NCBI GenBank assembly: GCA_038845265.1
Contig: JAWBQR010000014.1
Location: forward strand, 1 to 22,559
Reading direction: 5' to 3'
DNA: 22,559 bases
From: Nitrososphaerota archaeon
GTDB lineage: Archaea; Thermoproteota; Nitrososphaeria_A; Caldarchaeales; Calditenuaceae
A model generated the notes under the pieces. The model was not told the origin of the DNA. It did no database searches and worked only from the letters and a program-made list of their open reading frames with translations. The translations under genes were made by a program, and so were the position numbers. Shown here in pieces: positions 1 to 7,464 of the stretch. Numbering within the stretch: the first letter of the stretch is position 1; every line of letters starts with the position of its first letter.

Positions 1-230
1 CTGGCGTGGTTCACGCATACTTCAAGCCAAACAAGAAAATGATCCTTGAGGAGTGGGCGAAGGCCGAGAGGGCCCTGACCCTATTCAGGGAGGAGGAGCC
101 GAGATACGAGGAGGTCAAGAGGATTCATGAATTGGAGGCCGAGCTTGCGGCCCTGAAGAAGCAGCTAAGCGATATTTTAGCTCAGCTACAAGGTCTTCAC
201 AATACGAGACACGTCTCAAGGCATCCCTAA
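1..230 (+). CDS. Tyrosine recombinase/integrase, C-terminal part (5' end outside window)
   Basis: Frame open from the window edge: GVVHAYFKPNKKMILEEWAKAERALTL resembles the catalytic-Tyr segment of archaeal integrases, followed by a coiled-coil tail. Confidence 0.65.
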   Translation, partial: GVVHAYFKPNKKMILEEWAKAERALTLFREEEPRYEEVKRIHELEAELAALKKQLSDILAQLQGLHNTRHVSRHP

Positions 231-244
231 CCTTCTCGCACAAC

Positions 245-460
245 TCACACATTGCAGACACCATACTTCTCGGGATCGATGCGGCTGTAGTTGTCTGGTC
301 TGTATTTTTTGTCCCGCGTCTTGCGCCTGAGTGGGGTTCCACAAAATATACAATTAAGTTCATCCGTCTTGATGAAGACTTGGCAAGTGGAGCAGAACTT
401 ATAACCATTCTTGTAGGATTTGTTACGCGCGAAATAAAACTCTACATCGTTCCAAATCAT
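245..460 (-). CDS. Small Zn-ribbon protein (about 71 aa; ATG at 460 preferred over the track start at 520)
   Basis: GYKFCSTC...NCIFCGTPLRRK has two CxxC pairs; the 461-520 extension is low-complexity A/T sequence. Confidence 0.7.
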   Translation of the reverse strand: MIWNDVEFYFARNKSYKNGYKFCSTCQVFIKTDELNCIFCGTPLRRKTRDKKYRPDNYSRIDPEKYGVCNV

Positions 461-569
461 AAAAAATAAAAATAAAATTTGTTTTATTTTTCTGAAAATA
501 ATTCTTCTACATCTTTCCACGTGATTCCTAATATTTTCATTGTGTTTTCGATTGCCCGAAGTCCTTTTT

Positions 570-915
570 CACGCTGATAGTTTTGTCTTCTCTGAAGGGA
601 CATCGATCAAGTCTCCATCAAGCACTAAATAGTCGGGATGGCTATCTTTAGGAGCGTGTTTTTCAGCCCAACTGATACCATCTTTGAATTAACTTATGCT
701 GAATCTTATTAGCTATATTTCTATCCCAGTCTCGGGATTACTGTATTTTTCTGGAAATACTGCATGAGAGCTATCGACATGCACATCAGTTTTCTAAGAA
801 TTCTTTTGTGTCATACGTGCTTAATCGGCCTGTTCGGGCGTAGAGGTCTTTAGCCTTGATCAACATTCTGATAACCATCTCCTCAATTTACCTCTCCCCG
901 AACTCCTTCAGAATG
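570..915 (-). pseudogene. Possible decayed gene remnant of unknown function
   Basis: Protein-like minus-strand segments (MVIRMLIKAKDLYARTGRL; FKDGISWAEKHAPKDSHPDYLVLDGDLIDV) broken by stops and a frame change. Confidence 0.3.
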
Positions 916-991
916 CTTTATGAGAATAATTGTAAGGTCAATATCATTGTAAAAGGGTTGTTAATAATAAAAAAATAAAAAATTAACGTTA

Positions 992-1477
992 TTAACTAAA
1001 AAAACTATTCAGAGAACGGAACATTTTTAACGCTTGTTCAGAAAATGGTTTGCTGATGTGTAAATATCCCTCTCCTTCACAATTCATGCATCTTCTCTCC
1101 CAGCTATCCTCTCCTACGAACTCTTCATCTCTAACAATGGTTTTTTCGACAATAATTCCTTTACCATTGCATCTAGGACATGGAACTCTAGTAAGAGTAC
1201 AATATTCGACTATCTGTTGATAGCAATTTCTTAAATCCTCCTGCAATATTTTCGCTCTTTCTACTAGAATTGTTATAGAATCGCGTATATTTTCGGGCTC
1301 TGGTCTGGATAATGCTTTGAGGTTATTCGTTGGTGTTGGGTCTGCTATGGCCCTTAATCGGACTAAAACTGAATCTCCAAGACCTATTAACTCAGATATT
1401 GTATTTTGATACTCGATTAATTTACGGCTGAAATCTTCAAAAAAAGACAATAATATTTTATCACCAATTCTCATCAT
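992..1477 (-). CDS. Helical/coiled-coil protein with C-terminal CxxCxGxG (DnaJ-type) zinc finger
   Basis: CPRCNGKG and CMNCEGEG motifs; starts 6 bp after the DGQHR gene stop. Confidence 0.75.
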   Translation of the reverse strand: MMRIGDKILLSFFEDFSRKLIEYQNTISELIGLGDSVLVRLRAIADPTPTNNLKALSRPEPENIRDSITILVERAKILQEDLRNCYQQIVEYCTLTRVPCPRCNGKGIIVEKTIVRDEEFVGEDSWERRCMNCEGEGYLHISKPFSEQALKMFRSLNSFFS

Positions 1478-1483
1478 ATCTTA

Positions 1484-2662
1484 TCACTTACTAGTCAAAA
1501 GTAAGCTAATTTTCTTAGCCATGTTTTCATAAATATCTCTGAATGCTTTCTCGCTAGTGAGCGTAGCGAGCGAGGAGCCATGTGCTCTTGACCACCATTC
1601 TTCATCTATAGGTCTTCTAAAATCCGGATCTAGTTCTTTACCTATATCTTCGGGGATTGTCCTTTGCAGTAGTTCTAGTTTTGCCCGCATGTTTTCTTTG
1701 TCTATCTTCCCTTCTTTAGCACATAAACCATATATGAATGGAAATAGATACGTGAATGAAGCTATACCTGTATGTTTCAGTAATGTATAGGCGTCTTTTA
1801 ATTTGGGATCGAATGGTTTTGGATATAATTCTTTAATTGCCGACCAATACATTACTAATAGATCTGCTAATTCTTCTGGTCTCATACTACTAAGTGCTTT
1901 TTCTCTGAACAATGTACTGATATATCTAATTAAGACGTCGTCATTCACGAGATGCCATTCTTCCTTATCCTCACCTTGGTATCTTATTGCTCCTGCAAAA
2001 GGTGAGCTTATTTCTGCGTCCAGATAATCTACTACTTCTGATGCGAGTGCCTGCCGCTCTTGTACGGGGCCAAGTATTACATTCTCGAGCCATTTATATT
2101 CGCCTTTAATTTTTACTTCTTGATACATCCTCTGCATATGACGATACGCTATTCCAGTAGGTATTTTTTTCTGTCGAGAATTAACAATGTAGAATTGAAC
2201 AAGTTCTTCAAACTTATTTTTCATATTGGTGATAGTTACAGGTAGAGGATATTCACTTAATTCTGGATGCTCCTTTTGAGCCCTCTTGAGTGCTTCAATC
2301 CTATGCTGACCATCTATGATCCAAAAGACAGTTTTGTCACCTATATTCAGGGCCCCATACTCAATATTTTCAGTTATCTTACCTTCTGATCTGAACTCTA
2401 GCTTCGTGTCTCTCACGTTTAATAGGACAGAAGTTGGGAACACTCCCATTTCTTCTAGAATGTATTTGACTACGCTTCCCTTTGTTGGCTTAACCCGACT
2501 TTCTAAGGGTTGTCTCTGATAGCCTTCTCTATTGGTTCTGCTATACCTGTCGATTTCTGCATTTTCTAAGATTTTCATGGGCAGAGCGGTGACATAGAGG
2601 TAAACTGGCTCGGCTCCTACTCCATATCCCCACTGCTTGATTTGAAGGGATTTTACTTCCAC
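1484..2662 (-). CDS. DGQHR-domain protein (DndB/ParB-like superfamily)
   Basis: IIDGQHR motif, upstream GYQR and FPTSVLLN, downstream FYIVNSRQKKI; GAGGTGA SD before the GTG start. Confidence 0.9.
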   Translation of the reverse strand: MEVKSLQIKQWGYGVGAEPVYLYVTALPMKILENAEIDRYSRTNREGYQRQPLESRVKPTKGSVVKYILEEMGVFPTSVLLNVRDTKLEFRSEGKITENIEYGALNIGDKTVFWIIDGQHRIEALKRAQKEHPELSEYPLPVTITNMKNKFEELVQFYIVNSRQKKIPTGIAYRHMQRMYQEVKIKGEYKWLENVILGPVQERQALASEVVDYLDAEISSPFAGAIRYQGEDKEEWHLVNDDVLIRYISTLFREKALSSMRPEELADLLVMYWSAIKELYPKPFDPKLKDAYTLLKHTGIASFTYLFPFIYGLCAKEGKIDKENMRAKLELLQRTIPEDIGKELDPDFRRPIDEEWWSRAHGSSLATLTSEKAFRDIYENMAKKISLLLTSK

Positions 2663-2679
2663 TCCAAATCACCTCAATT

Positions 2680-2787
2680 ATAGATCTATCATTTAATATA
2701 TAAATTTTTTGATCTATATAAATAATCATAATTTTTAGATCTATTATGAAGATCCTAAATATCAAGGGAATTTAAGAATAGATCTAT
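2680..2787. promoter_or_regulatory. Cluster of GATC-centred palindromes (ATAGATCTAT x2 plus variants) upstream of the DGQHR gene
   Basis: ATAGATCTAT 2680-2689 and 2778-2787, TAGATCTAT 2736-2744, TTGATCTAT 2709-2717, further GATC at 2751; very AT-rich context. Confidence 0.6.
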
Positions 2788-2792
2788 CAAGC

Positions 2793-2939
2793 TTATCTTA
2801 AGTTTCCCGGTAATATAGTCCTGACAAGTATGCTAGCCCTGTCCACTTCCATAATATGTCTGCAAAATATGCATCTCGTGATATTGTTGGGCAGCTCGAG
2901 CTGATAGGTTAGTTCACAATGCTTACAATATAATTCTTG
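2793..2939 (-). pseudogene. 3' remnant of a Zn-ribbon gene lacking a start codon
   Basis: Frame reads QELYCKHCELTYQLELPNNITRCIFCRHIMEVDRASILVRTILPGNLR*; no ATG/GTG/TTG upstream of this segment before an in-frame stop at 3012-3014. Confidence 0.6.
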
Positions 2940-3418
2940 TGGAGTATCTCTTCTGGCGTAAACTCCACCCTGTAGGCCGTCTGCTGGACATAGCCAGTCA
3001 CTTCTCCGTAATTATTCCTCTTCACTGTCATGCTCCATGGAGCAATTATTCTCGGCACCCCAGACGTTACCTCAATATAAGCCTCGTCAAAAATCACTAG
3101 GACGCCAGTAAGATTCCTGAGGAACATCCAGAAATTATCTTCTCCCCAATCCTGAATGTATTGCTCAACCCTCTTCTTGACAGCCTCGTCTTGAGAATCT
3201 ATTATCCATCCATTAGTAGTGACTGCATCCACTATAGCGTCGATGCATGCCCTAACATCCGGGTCCCCCTCAGCCAGCTCCAGTAGCTTCTTCTGGTCAA
3301 GCTCCTTCGGCTCCCCATATACTCCATAGAACCCGGGCAGGTTTGAGACCATTGCTTTAGGCCCGCTCTCCCCCCTCACGGCCCTGAAGATGCTTAATGC
3401 TTTTCTAATCCAGCTCAT
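2909..3418 (-). pseudogene. Portal protein, N-terminal fragment only (169 aa from ATG 3418)
   Basis: DPDVRACIDAIVDAV, LVIFDEAYIEV and GYVQ...VEFTPEEILH match the HK97-type portal N-half; similarity stops at EILH and a stop follows 9 codons later. Confidence 0.8.
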
Positions 3419-3432
3419 AGTGTTCTGAGATG

Positions 3433-3447
3433 TCTGAGACTTTAATT
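3433..3447 (+). promoter_or_regulatory. TCTSAG promoter motif copy (TCTGAGACTTTAATT), 36 nt before ATG 3469
   Basis: Same position as seven other copies. Confidence 0.6.
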
Positions 3448-3468
3448 CTTTGAAAACATCGGTCAGAC

Positions 3469-3717
3469 ATGCTGGAGTTAAAGCTAAAGAATGGTGAAGC
3501 CATATCGGCACTACTCATAGAGCGTGAAGACGAGGACTACATCTATCTCCAACATGTCACTAAGAAGAATCTTGACGGCTCGGAGACATACTATTACCGC
3601 TACTGGGTTAGGAAAGACGAAGTCATTACGGAGAAAGTAGAGGAAAAAGTCGAGGAATTAAAAGCTGAGGCGCAGGAAACAGTCACTACGGCCGAGAAGC
3701 GACGTAGAAAGAAATGA
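3469..3717 (+). CDS. Small protein, possible Sm/LSm-like fold, with basic C-terminal tail
   Basis: LKLKNGEAISALL...DEDYIYL and YWVRKDEVI resemble Sm1/Sm2; ends KRRRKK; ATGA overlap with the next gene. Confidence 0.5.
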   Translation: MLELKLKNGEAISALLIEREDEDYIYLQHVTKKNLDGSETYYYRYWVRKDEVITEKVEEKVEELKAEAQETVTTAEKRRRKK

Positions 3718-4136
3718 TTTATGCATCGACTTGTGACGACCTCTACAAGCTTACCATCGATTTTTTATCTCGGGCCCGGAGAGAAGTGCTTATATGTTCA
3801 TATCTCTTGACTATGCCGGCCATACTGGCCGAGCTTGTCAGAGCAAAGCAGAGAGGATGCGAGGTAAAGGTATTACTCAGTGGTGACGATAGGAATAAAC
3901 CCGTCAAGCAATTCTTGAGGAGTAATGGCATAGATGCTCGGCTATGGATAAGCCCTAAGGGCATTCTACATGCAAAATACATAATTATTGACTGCAAAAG
4001 GGCCCTAATCGCCTCGACGAATTTCACACATGACGCAATGAATAACAATTATGAAATAGCATACATAGTCACGAATAAGAAGCATGTCCAGAAGCTTAGA
4101 GATAGCTTTCTACAAGAATTCAAGTTCTCAGACTAA
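3714..4136 (+). CDS. Phospholipase D-superfamily protein (single HKD motif, Nuc-like)
   Basis: HAKYIIID (HxKxxxxD), then ASTNFT and NNYE. Confidence 0.88.
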   Translation: MIYASTCDDLYKLTIDFLSRARREVLICSYLLTMPAILAELVRAKQRGCEVKVLLSGDDRNKPVKQFLRSNGIDARLWISPKGILHAKYIIIDCKRALIASTNFTHDAMNNNYEIAYIVTNKKHVQKLRDSFLQEFKFSD

Positions 4137-4141
4137 AAAAC
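4118..4141 (+). repeat. 24-bp direct repeat, copy 1 (ATTCAAGTTCTCAGACTAAAAAAC)
   Basis: Identical to 5974-5997; includes the PLD stop codon. Confidence 0.95.
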
Positions 4142-4316
4142 TACCAAGTTCGTATAAGAATAGTATAATTGTTCTGGCTAATTTTTATACAAAAATTCAT
4201 AAGAGTTTATTTTTAAAAATATACGAAGAGAGTTTTTAGTTGAATTCTCTGCTTTAAGAACAAGTTTGATTGAAGCTCTATATATGGCCTATATAGTACA
4301 TTATTAAATAGAAGAT

Positions 4317-5255
4317 ATGATGCCTTTAGGGCAGGTCAAAAATACATGGTGTAAAATAATATTTGGGGATTCGAGGACACTTAAAGAACTTGATGACAAG
4401 AGTGTCCATCTAATGGTCACGTCACCACCTTATCCAATGATTGAGATTTGGGACTCACAATTTCGGACACTCGATAAAAGGATAGACGAATTATGGATAA
4501 AAATGGAGGAATGCAAAGACGATCAAGAAAAACTGTATTTTGCGGAAAAAATATATGACTTAATGCATGAAAATTTAGCATCAACTTGGAAAGAAGTCTA
4601 TAGAGTCTTAGTTGAAGGCGGGATAGCATGCATAAACATAGGAGATGCTACGAGATCAATAGGAAATATCTTTAAGCTCTTCCCAAACCATGCAAGGACT
4701 ATTGAGCTTTGTGAAAAGATAGGTTTCACTACACTTCCTTACATTTTATGGAAGAAACCAACCACAAAACCAAAGTATAAAGGAAAGGGCGCATTCTTAG
4801 GTTCCGGATTCTTACCGCCAAATGCATATGTAACTTTGGATTGTGAGTATATATTGATATTCAGAAAAGGTAAGCTTAGAGAGTTTGAACCCAATGACCC
4901 TTTAAGATACGCAAGTAAATATACTAAAGAAGAGCGCGACTCATGGTTTACCCAAATATGGGATATACCGGGTGCTAAACAGGAACTTTCAGAAGTTGAA
5001 AGAAGGGCAGCGGCTTTTAATGAAGAAATTCCTACTCGATTGATACGAATGTTCTCAATAATAGGGGATACCGTCCTTGATCCATTCCTCGGTACAGGGA
5101 CAACAATGAAGGTAGCGATGGAATTAAAAAGAAATTGTATTGGGTATGAAATTGATGAGTCACTAAGACCCATAATTGAGAAGAAAATAAATTATGGTCA
5201 AGAAAGGCTTACTCAAGATATAATCAGCATTGAATTCATAAAAAGGGTCGAATGA
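4317..5255 (+). CDS. Type II DNA methyltransferase, beta class, N4-cytosine; M.MjaI/M.MthZI-like (probably CTAG)
   Basis: Motif IV VTSPPY precedes motif I DPFLGTGTT; LFPNH and FLGSGFLPPNAYVT segments recalled from the CTAG m4C family. Confidence 0.88.
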   Translation: MMPLGQVKNTWCKIIFGDSRTLKELDDKSVHLMVTSPPYPMIEIWDSQFRTLDKRIDELWIKMEECKDDQEKLYFAEKIYDLMHENLASTWKEVYRVLVEGGIACINIGDATRSIGNIFKLFPNHARTIELCEKIGFTTLPYILWKKPTTKPKYKGKGAFLGSGFLPPNAYVTLDCEYILIFRKGKLREFEPNDPLRYASKYTKEERDSWFTQIWDIPGAKQELSEVERRAAAFNEEIPTRLIRMFSIIGDTVLDPFLGTGTTMKVAMELKRNCIGYEIDESLRPIIEKKINYGQERLTQDIISIEFIKRVE

Positions 5256-5901
5256 ATCGCCCGGGTGGAAGTTTCTTTAACCTTTCGCATTCCTGCTTTA
5301 TACTCTTAAGAATTTTATCTCTATCAACTATCTCTACTTTCTCTTTTCTTCCTAACGCAATAACTAAATATACTCTTCCACCATATAAATTCTGAAATCT
5401 CTTATGCGGTTCTTCTACTACAAATTTTTTGAATGATTCTACAAGTCTTGACTGACCATATGTAAGTGGTTTAATCTGTATACCAATTAAGTGACCATTT
5501 ACTATGGCATAATAATCGACTCCCAATCGTTCTAATTCGCTAGTCGATGGATGAAATTTCATTCCTGTTTCTTTTTCAAGTATTCCTTTAATAACACTCA
5601 TTTCTCTTTGGAATCCTTCAAATGTTCTTCTAATAACGACATCAATTACATAATTAATACAGTCATCCAGTGTTATACTTTCAATTTCCTGTTTCGCTAC
5701 TGTAGAAATTTTTTCCCATAATTTTTGTCCAAGCTTTATTAAATGTTCTTTAGTCCTCACATTATTGTAATAATAATTTTCCCAATCTTCTAACGTTTTT
5801 GGTTTACATTTTCTGATTTCTTCTGCTAAAGGTCCAACGTTCTTTTGGTAGCCTAATTGAAATCGATTAAAAATAGAGTTCAATATCCATTCTTTAGGCA
5901 T
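5236..5901 (-). CDS. Type II restriction endonuclease, MjaI family
   Basis: PKEWILN...NVGP..EEIRKC.PKTLEDWENYY N-terminus; GVDY...IGIQIKP PD-(D/E)xK-like core; convergent with and overlapping the MTase by 20 bp. Confidence 0.82.
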   Translation of the reverse strand: MPKEWILNSIFNRFQLGYQKNVGPLAEEIRKCKPKTLEDWENYYYNNVRTKEHLIKLGQKLWEKISTVAKQEIESITLDDCINYVIDVVIRRTFEGFQREMSVIKGILEKETGMKFHPSTSELERLGVDYYAIVNGHLIGIQIKPLTYGQSRLVESFKKFVVEEPHKRFQNLYGGRVYLVIALGRKEKVEIVDRDKILKSIKQECERLKKLPPGRFIRPFL

Positions 5902-5973
5902 ACCACATTCTGAGATTCTTTTTATAGACTATTAGATAATCCTTTTCCAGAAATTTTGAGGTATTACGTATTG

Positions 5974-5997
5974 ATTCAAGTTCTCAGACTAAAAAAC
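5974..5997 (+). repeat. 24-bp direct repeat, copy 2; contains the TCTCAG-AC-TAAAAAA promoter motif for the gene at 6018
   Basis: Identical to 4118-4141; TCTCAG at 5982 is 36 nt before ATG 6018. Confidence 0.95.
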
Positions 5998-6017
5998 CTA
6001 GCCACCTCGTCTGAGAC

Positions 6018-6272
6018 ATGAACCAAATAATATATGGCATACTCGGAGGAGCATTATACGGAGTATCAGGATACCTGAAAAGTGGAGAAAAATTCGACTG
6101 GAAAAAATTAGCCAGAACTATTATTCTAGCAGCACTAGTCGGAGTAACTAATGCATTGCTGGGCCTACCAATTACTGAGGATGCAGTGTTAATAGCGCTA
6201 TCGGCCGGAGAAGTAGCAATACTTGAGAATTTTCTTAAAGCCTTAATCAAATTTTCTGAGAAAAATAAATAG
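6018..6272 (+). CDS. Small membrane protein, holin-like
   Basis: 84 aa, 2-3 hydrophobic helices separated by a charged loop (KSGEKFDWKK), charged C-terminus. Confidence 0.55.
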   Translation: MNQIIYGILGGALYGVSGYLKSGEKFDWKKLARTIILAALVGVTNALLGLPITEDAVLIALSAGEVAILENFLKALIKFSEKNK

Positions 6273-6280
6273 TTTTCTCA
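6255..6280 (+). promoter_or_regulatory. TCTSAG motif copy (37 nt before ATG 6292) within an 8-bp inverted repeat TGAGAAAA/TTTTCTCA
   Basis: TCTGAG 6255-6260; repeat arms 6257-6264 and 6273-6280. Confidence 0.55.
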
Positions 6281-6291
6281 AGTTTTGATGC

Positions 6292-7449
6292 ATGAGTGAG
6301 GATAAAGTTAGTTTTCAGGCCATAGTCGAGATAGTGCCCGAAGTAGTGAAAGACAGTGGGGATGAGGAATTCATCGGTATTTTTGAGGGCGTGGCCTCTA
6401 CTCCCCAGATAGACCTCGAGGGAGATGCATTCACTGTTGACGTATTAAGCAAAAATGCTGAAAAACTAAAGAATAAACCTATTCTCTTCGGTCATGGCCG
6501 AGACCCAAAGCTTAGAGATACGCCGGTCGGAAAAATAATCGATGCATGGATAGATGGTGGAGTACTGAAAATTAGGGCAGGCATCTTCAAGCATGCAAAG
6601 GATATTTGGGAAAAGATTAAGGCCGGAGTTTTGCGTGGATTATCGATTGGCGGAGTGGCGAGGAAGGTCAGGCGGGAGACCGTGAATGTAATTGAGGATG
6701 CAGATATAGAGGAGGTCAGCCTAGCGCCACGACCCGTGAATCCATCGGCCCAGATATACAACGTATTCGGTAAAGCCTTCACGGTTGAGGACGGAGTATT
6801 AACGACAATCGCTAAGGTAGATTTTGACTTACCCATAGTAAAGAGGGGGACATGGGATGGGGATGCTGCGAGCCACAGAATATTTGAATGGGCTAAAAAA
6901 GAGGACGGCTCGATAGACAAGAGCAAGGTCTCAAAACTATTCCTAATTGTTCGGGACGACGGCTCGAGACGGGGCGACTACGGCTGGCCCGTAGGAGACA
7001 TAATTGATGGAAGACCCGTATTGGTCTCTAGTGGAATCATCACTGCCATCAAGCATGCAGCCGGGGCCCGAGGTGTTGAGGCCCCTCCAGAAGTAAAACG
7101 TGCACTCGAGAGACTTGCAAAGAGACTAGTAGATGAGGGAATCCTGCCAAAAGACTATGAAGTCCCGTGGAAACGAGAAGAGAAATCAACGGTGATTGAG
7201 GAATTATTCATGAAGGTCTGGTCTCTCGAAGATACAGTCTCATTGATAATTGAGAAGAATAAAAAACTCGAGGATATAGTCTCTTCGATAATCGAGAAGA
7301 GTGAAAGGCTCGTAAAATCGATGGATAAGACGCCTAAGGCGATGGTAGCGTCTGAGGAGGTCGTGAAGAAGGAGCCTAGGAATTATGAGTCAGATGTGTT
7401 GAGGAAGTTCTACGAGGAGCTGTATGGTCTCAGACTAAAAAAAGAGTAG
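6292..7449 (+). CDS. HK97-family prohead protease with extra central domain and C-terminal coiled-coil (scaffold-like)
   Basis: FEGVAST..IDLEGD, ILFGH, PVGK, GLSIGG, EVSL...PVNP motifs; directly upstream of the MCP. Confidence 0.9.
   Translation: MSEDKVSFQAIVEIVPEVVKDSGDEEFIGIFEGVASTPQIDLEGDAFTVDVLSKNAEKLKNKPILFGHGRDPKLRDTPVGKIIDAWIDGGVLKIRAGIFKHAKDIWEKIKAGVLRGLSIGGVARKVRRETVNVIEDADIEEVSLAPRPVNPSAQIYNVFGKAFTVEDGVLTTIAKVDFDLPIVKRGTWDGDAASHRIFEWAKKEDGSIDKSKVSKLFLIVRDDGSRRGDYGWPVGDIIDGRPVLVSSGIITAIKHAAGARGVEAPPEVKRALERLAKRLVDEGILPKDYEVPWKREEKSTVIEELFMKVWSLEDTVSLIIEKNKKLEDIVSSIIEKSERLVKSMDKTPKAMVASEEVVKKEPRNYESDVLRKFYEELYGLRLKKE
7428..7443 (+). promoter_or_regulatory. TCTSAG motif copy (TCTCAGACTAAAAAAA), 37 nt before MCP ATG 7465
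   Basis: 15-nt identity with the 5982 copy; AGGTGAT SD follows. Confidence 0.65.
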
Positions 7450-7464
7450 GTAGGTGATTAAGTC

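Noticed and set aside
468-491. 10-bp inverted repeat AAAAATAAAA/TTTTATTTTT
   Set aside because: Low-complexity A/T sequence; cannot be distinguished from chance or a simple T-tract terminator
1-990. Attachment site or tRNA near the integrase
   Set aside because: No tRNA-like sequence or matching att repeat seen in the window
1484-2662. Complete Dnd phosphorothioation system
   Set aside because: No dndA/C/D/E or pbe genes recognised in the window
2680-2787. CRISPR mini-array reading of the GATCTAT repeats
   Set aside because: Repeats are only 7-10 bp with irregular short spacing
3419-3511. Track start 3511 for the portal ORF
   Set aside because: It overlaps the divergent gene and promoter gap; MSWIRKAL at ATG 3418 is the more plausible start
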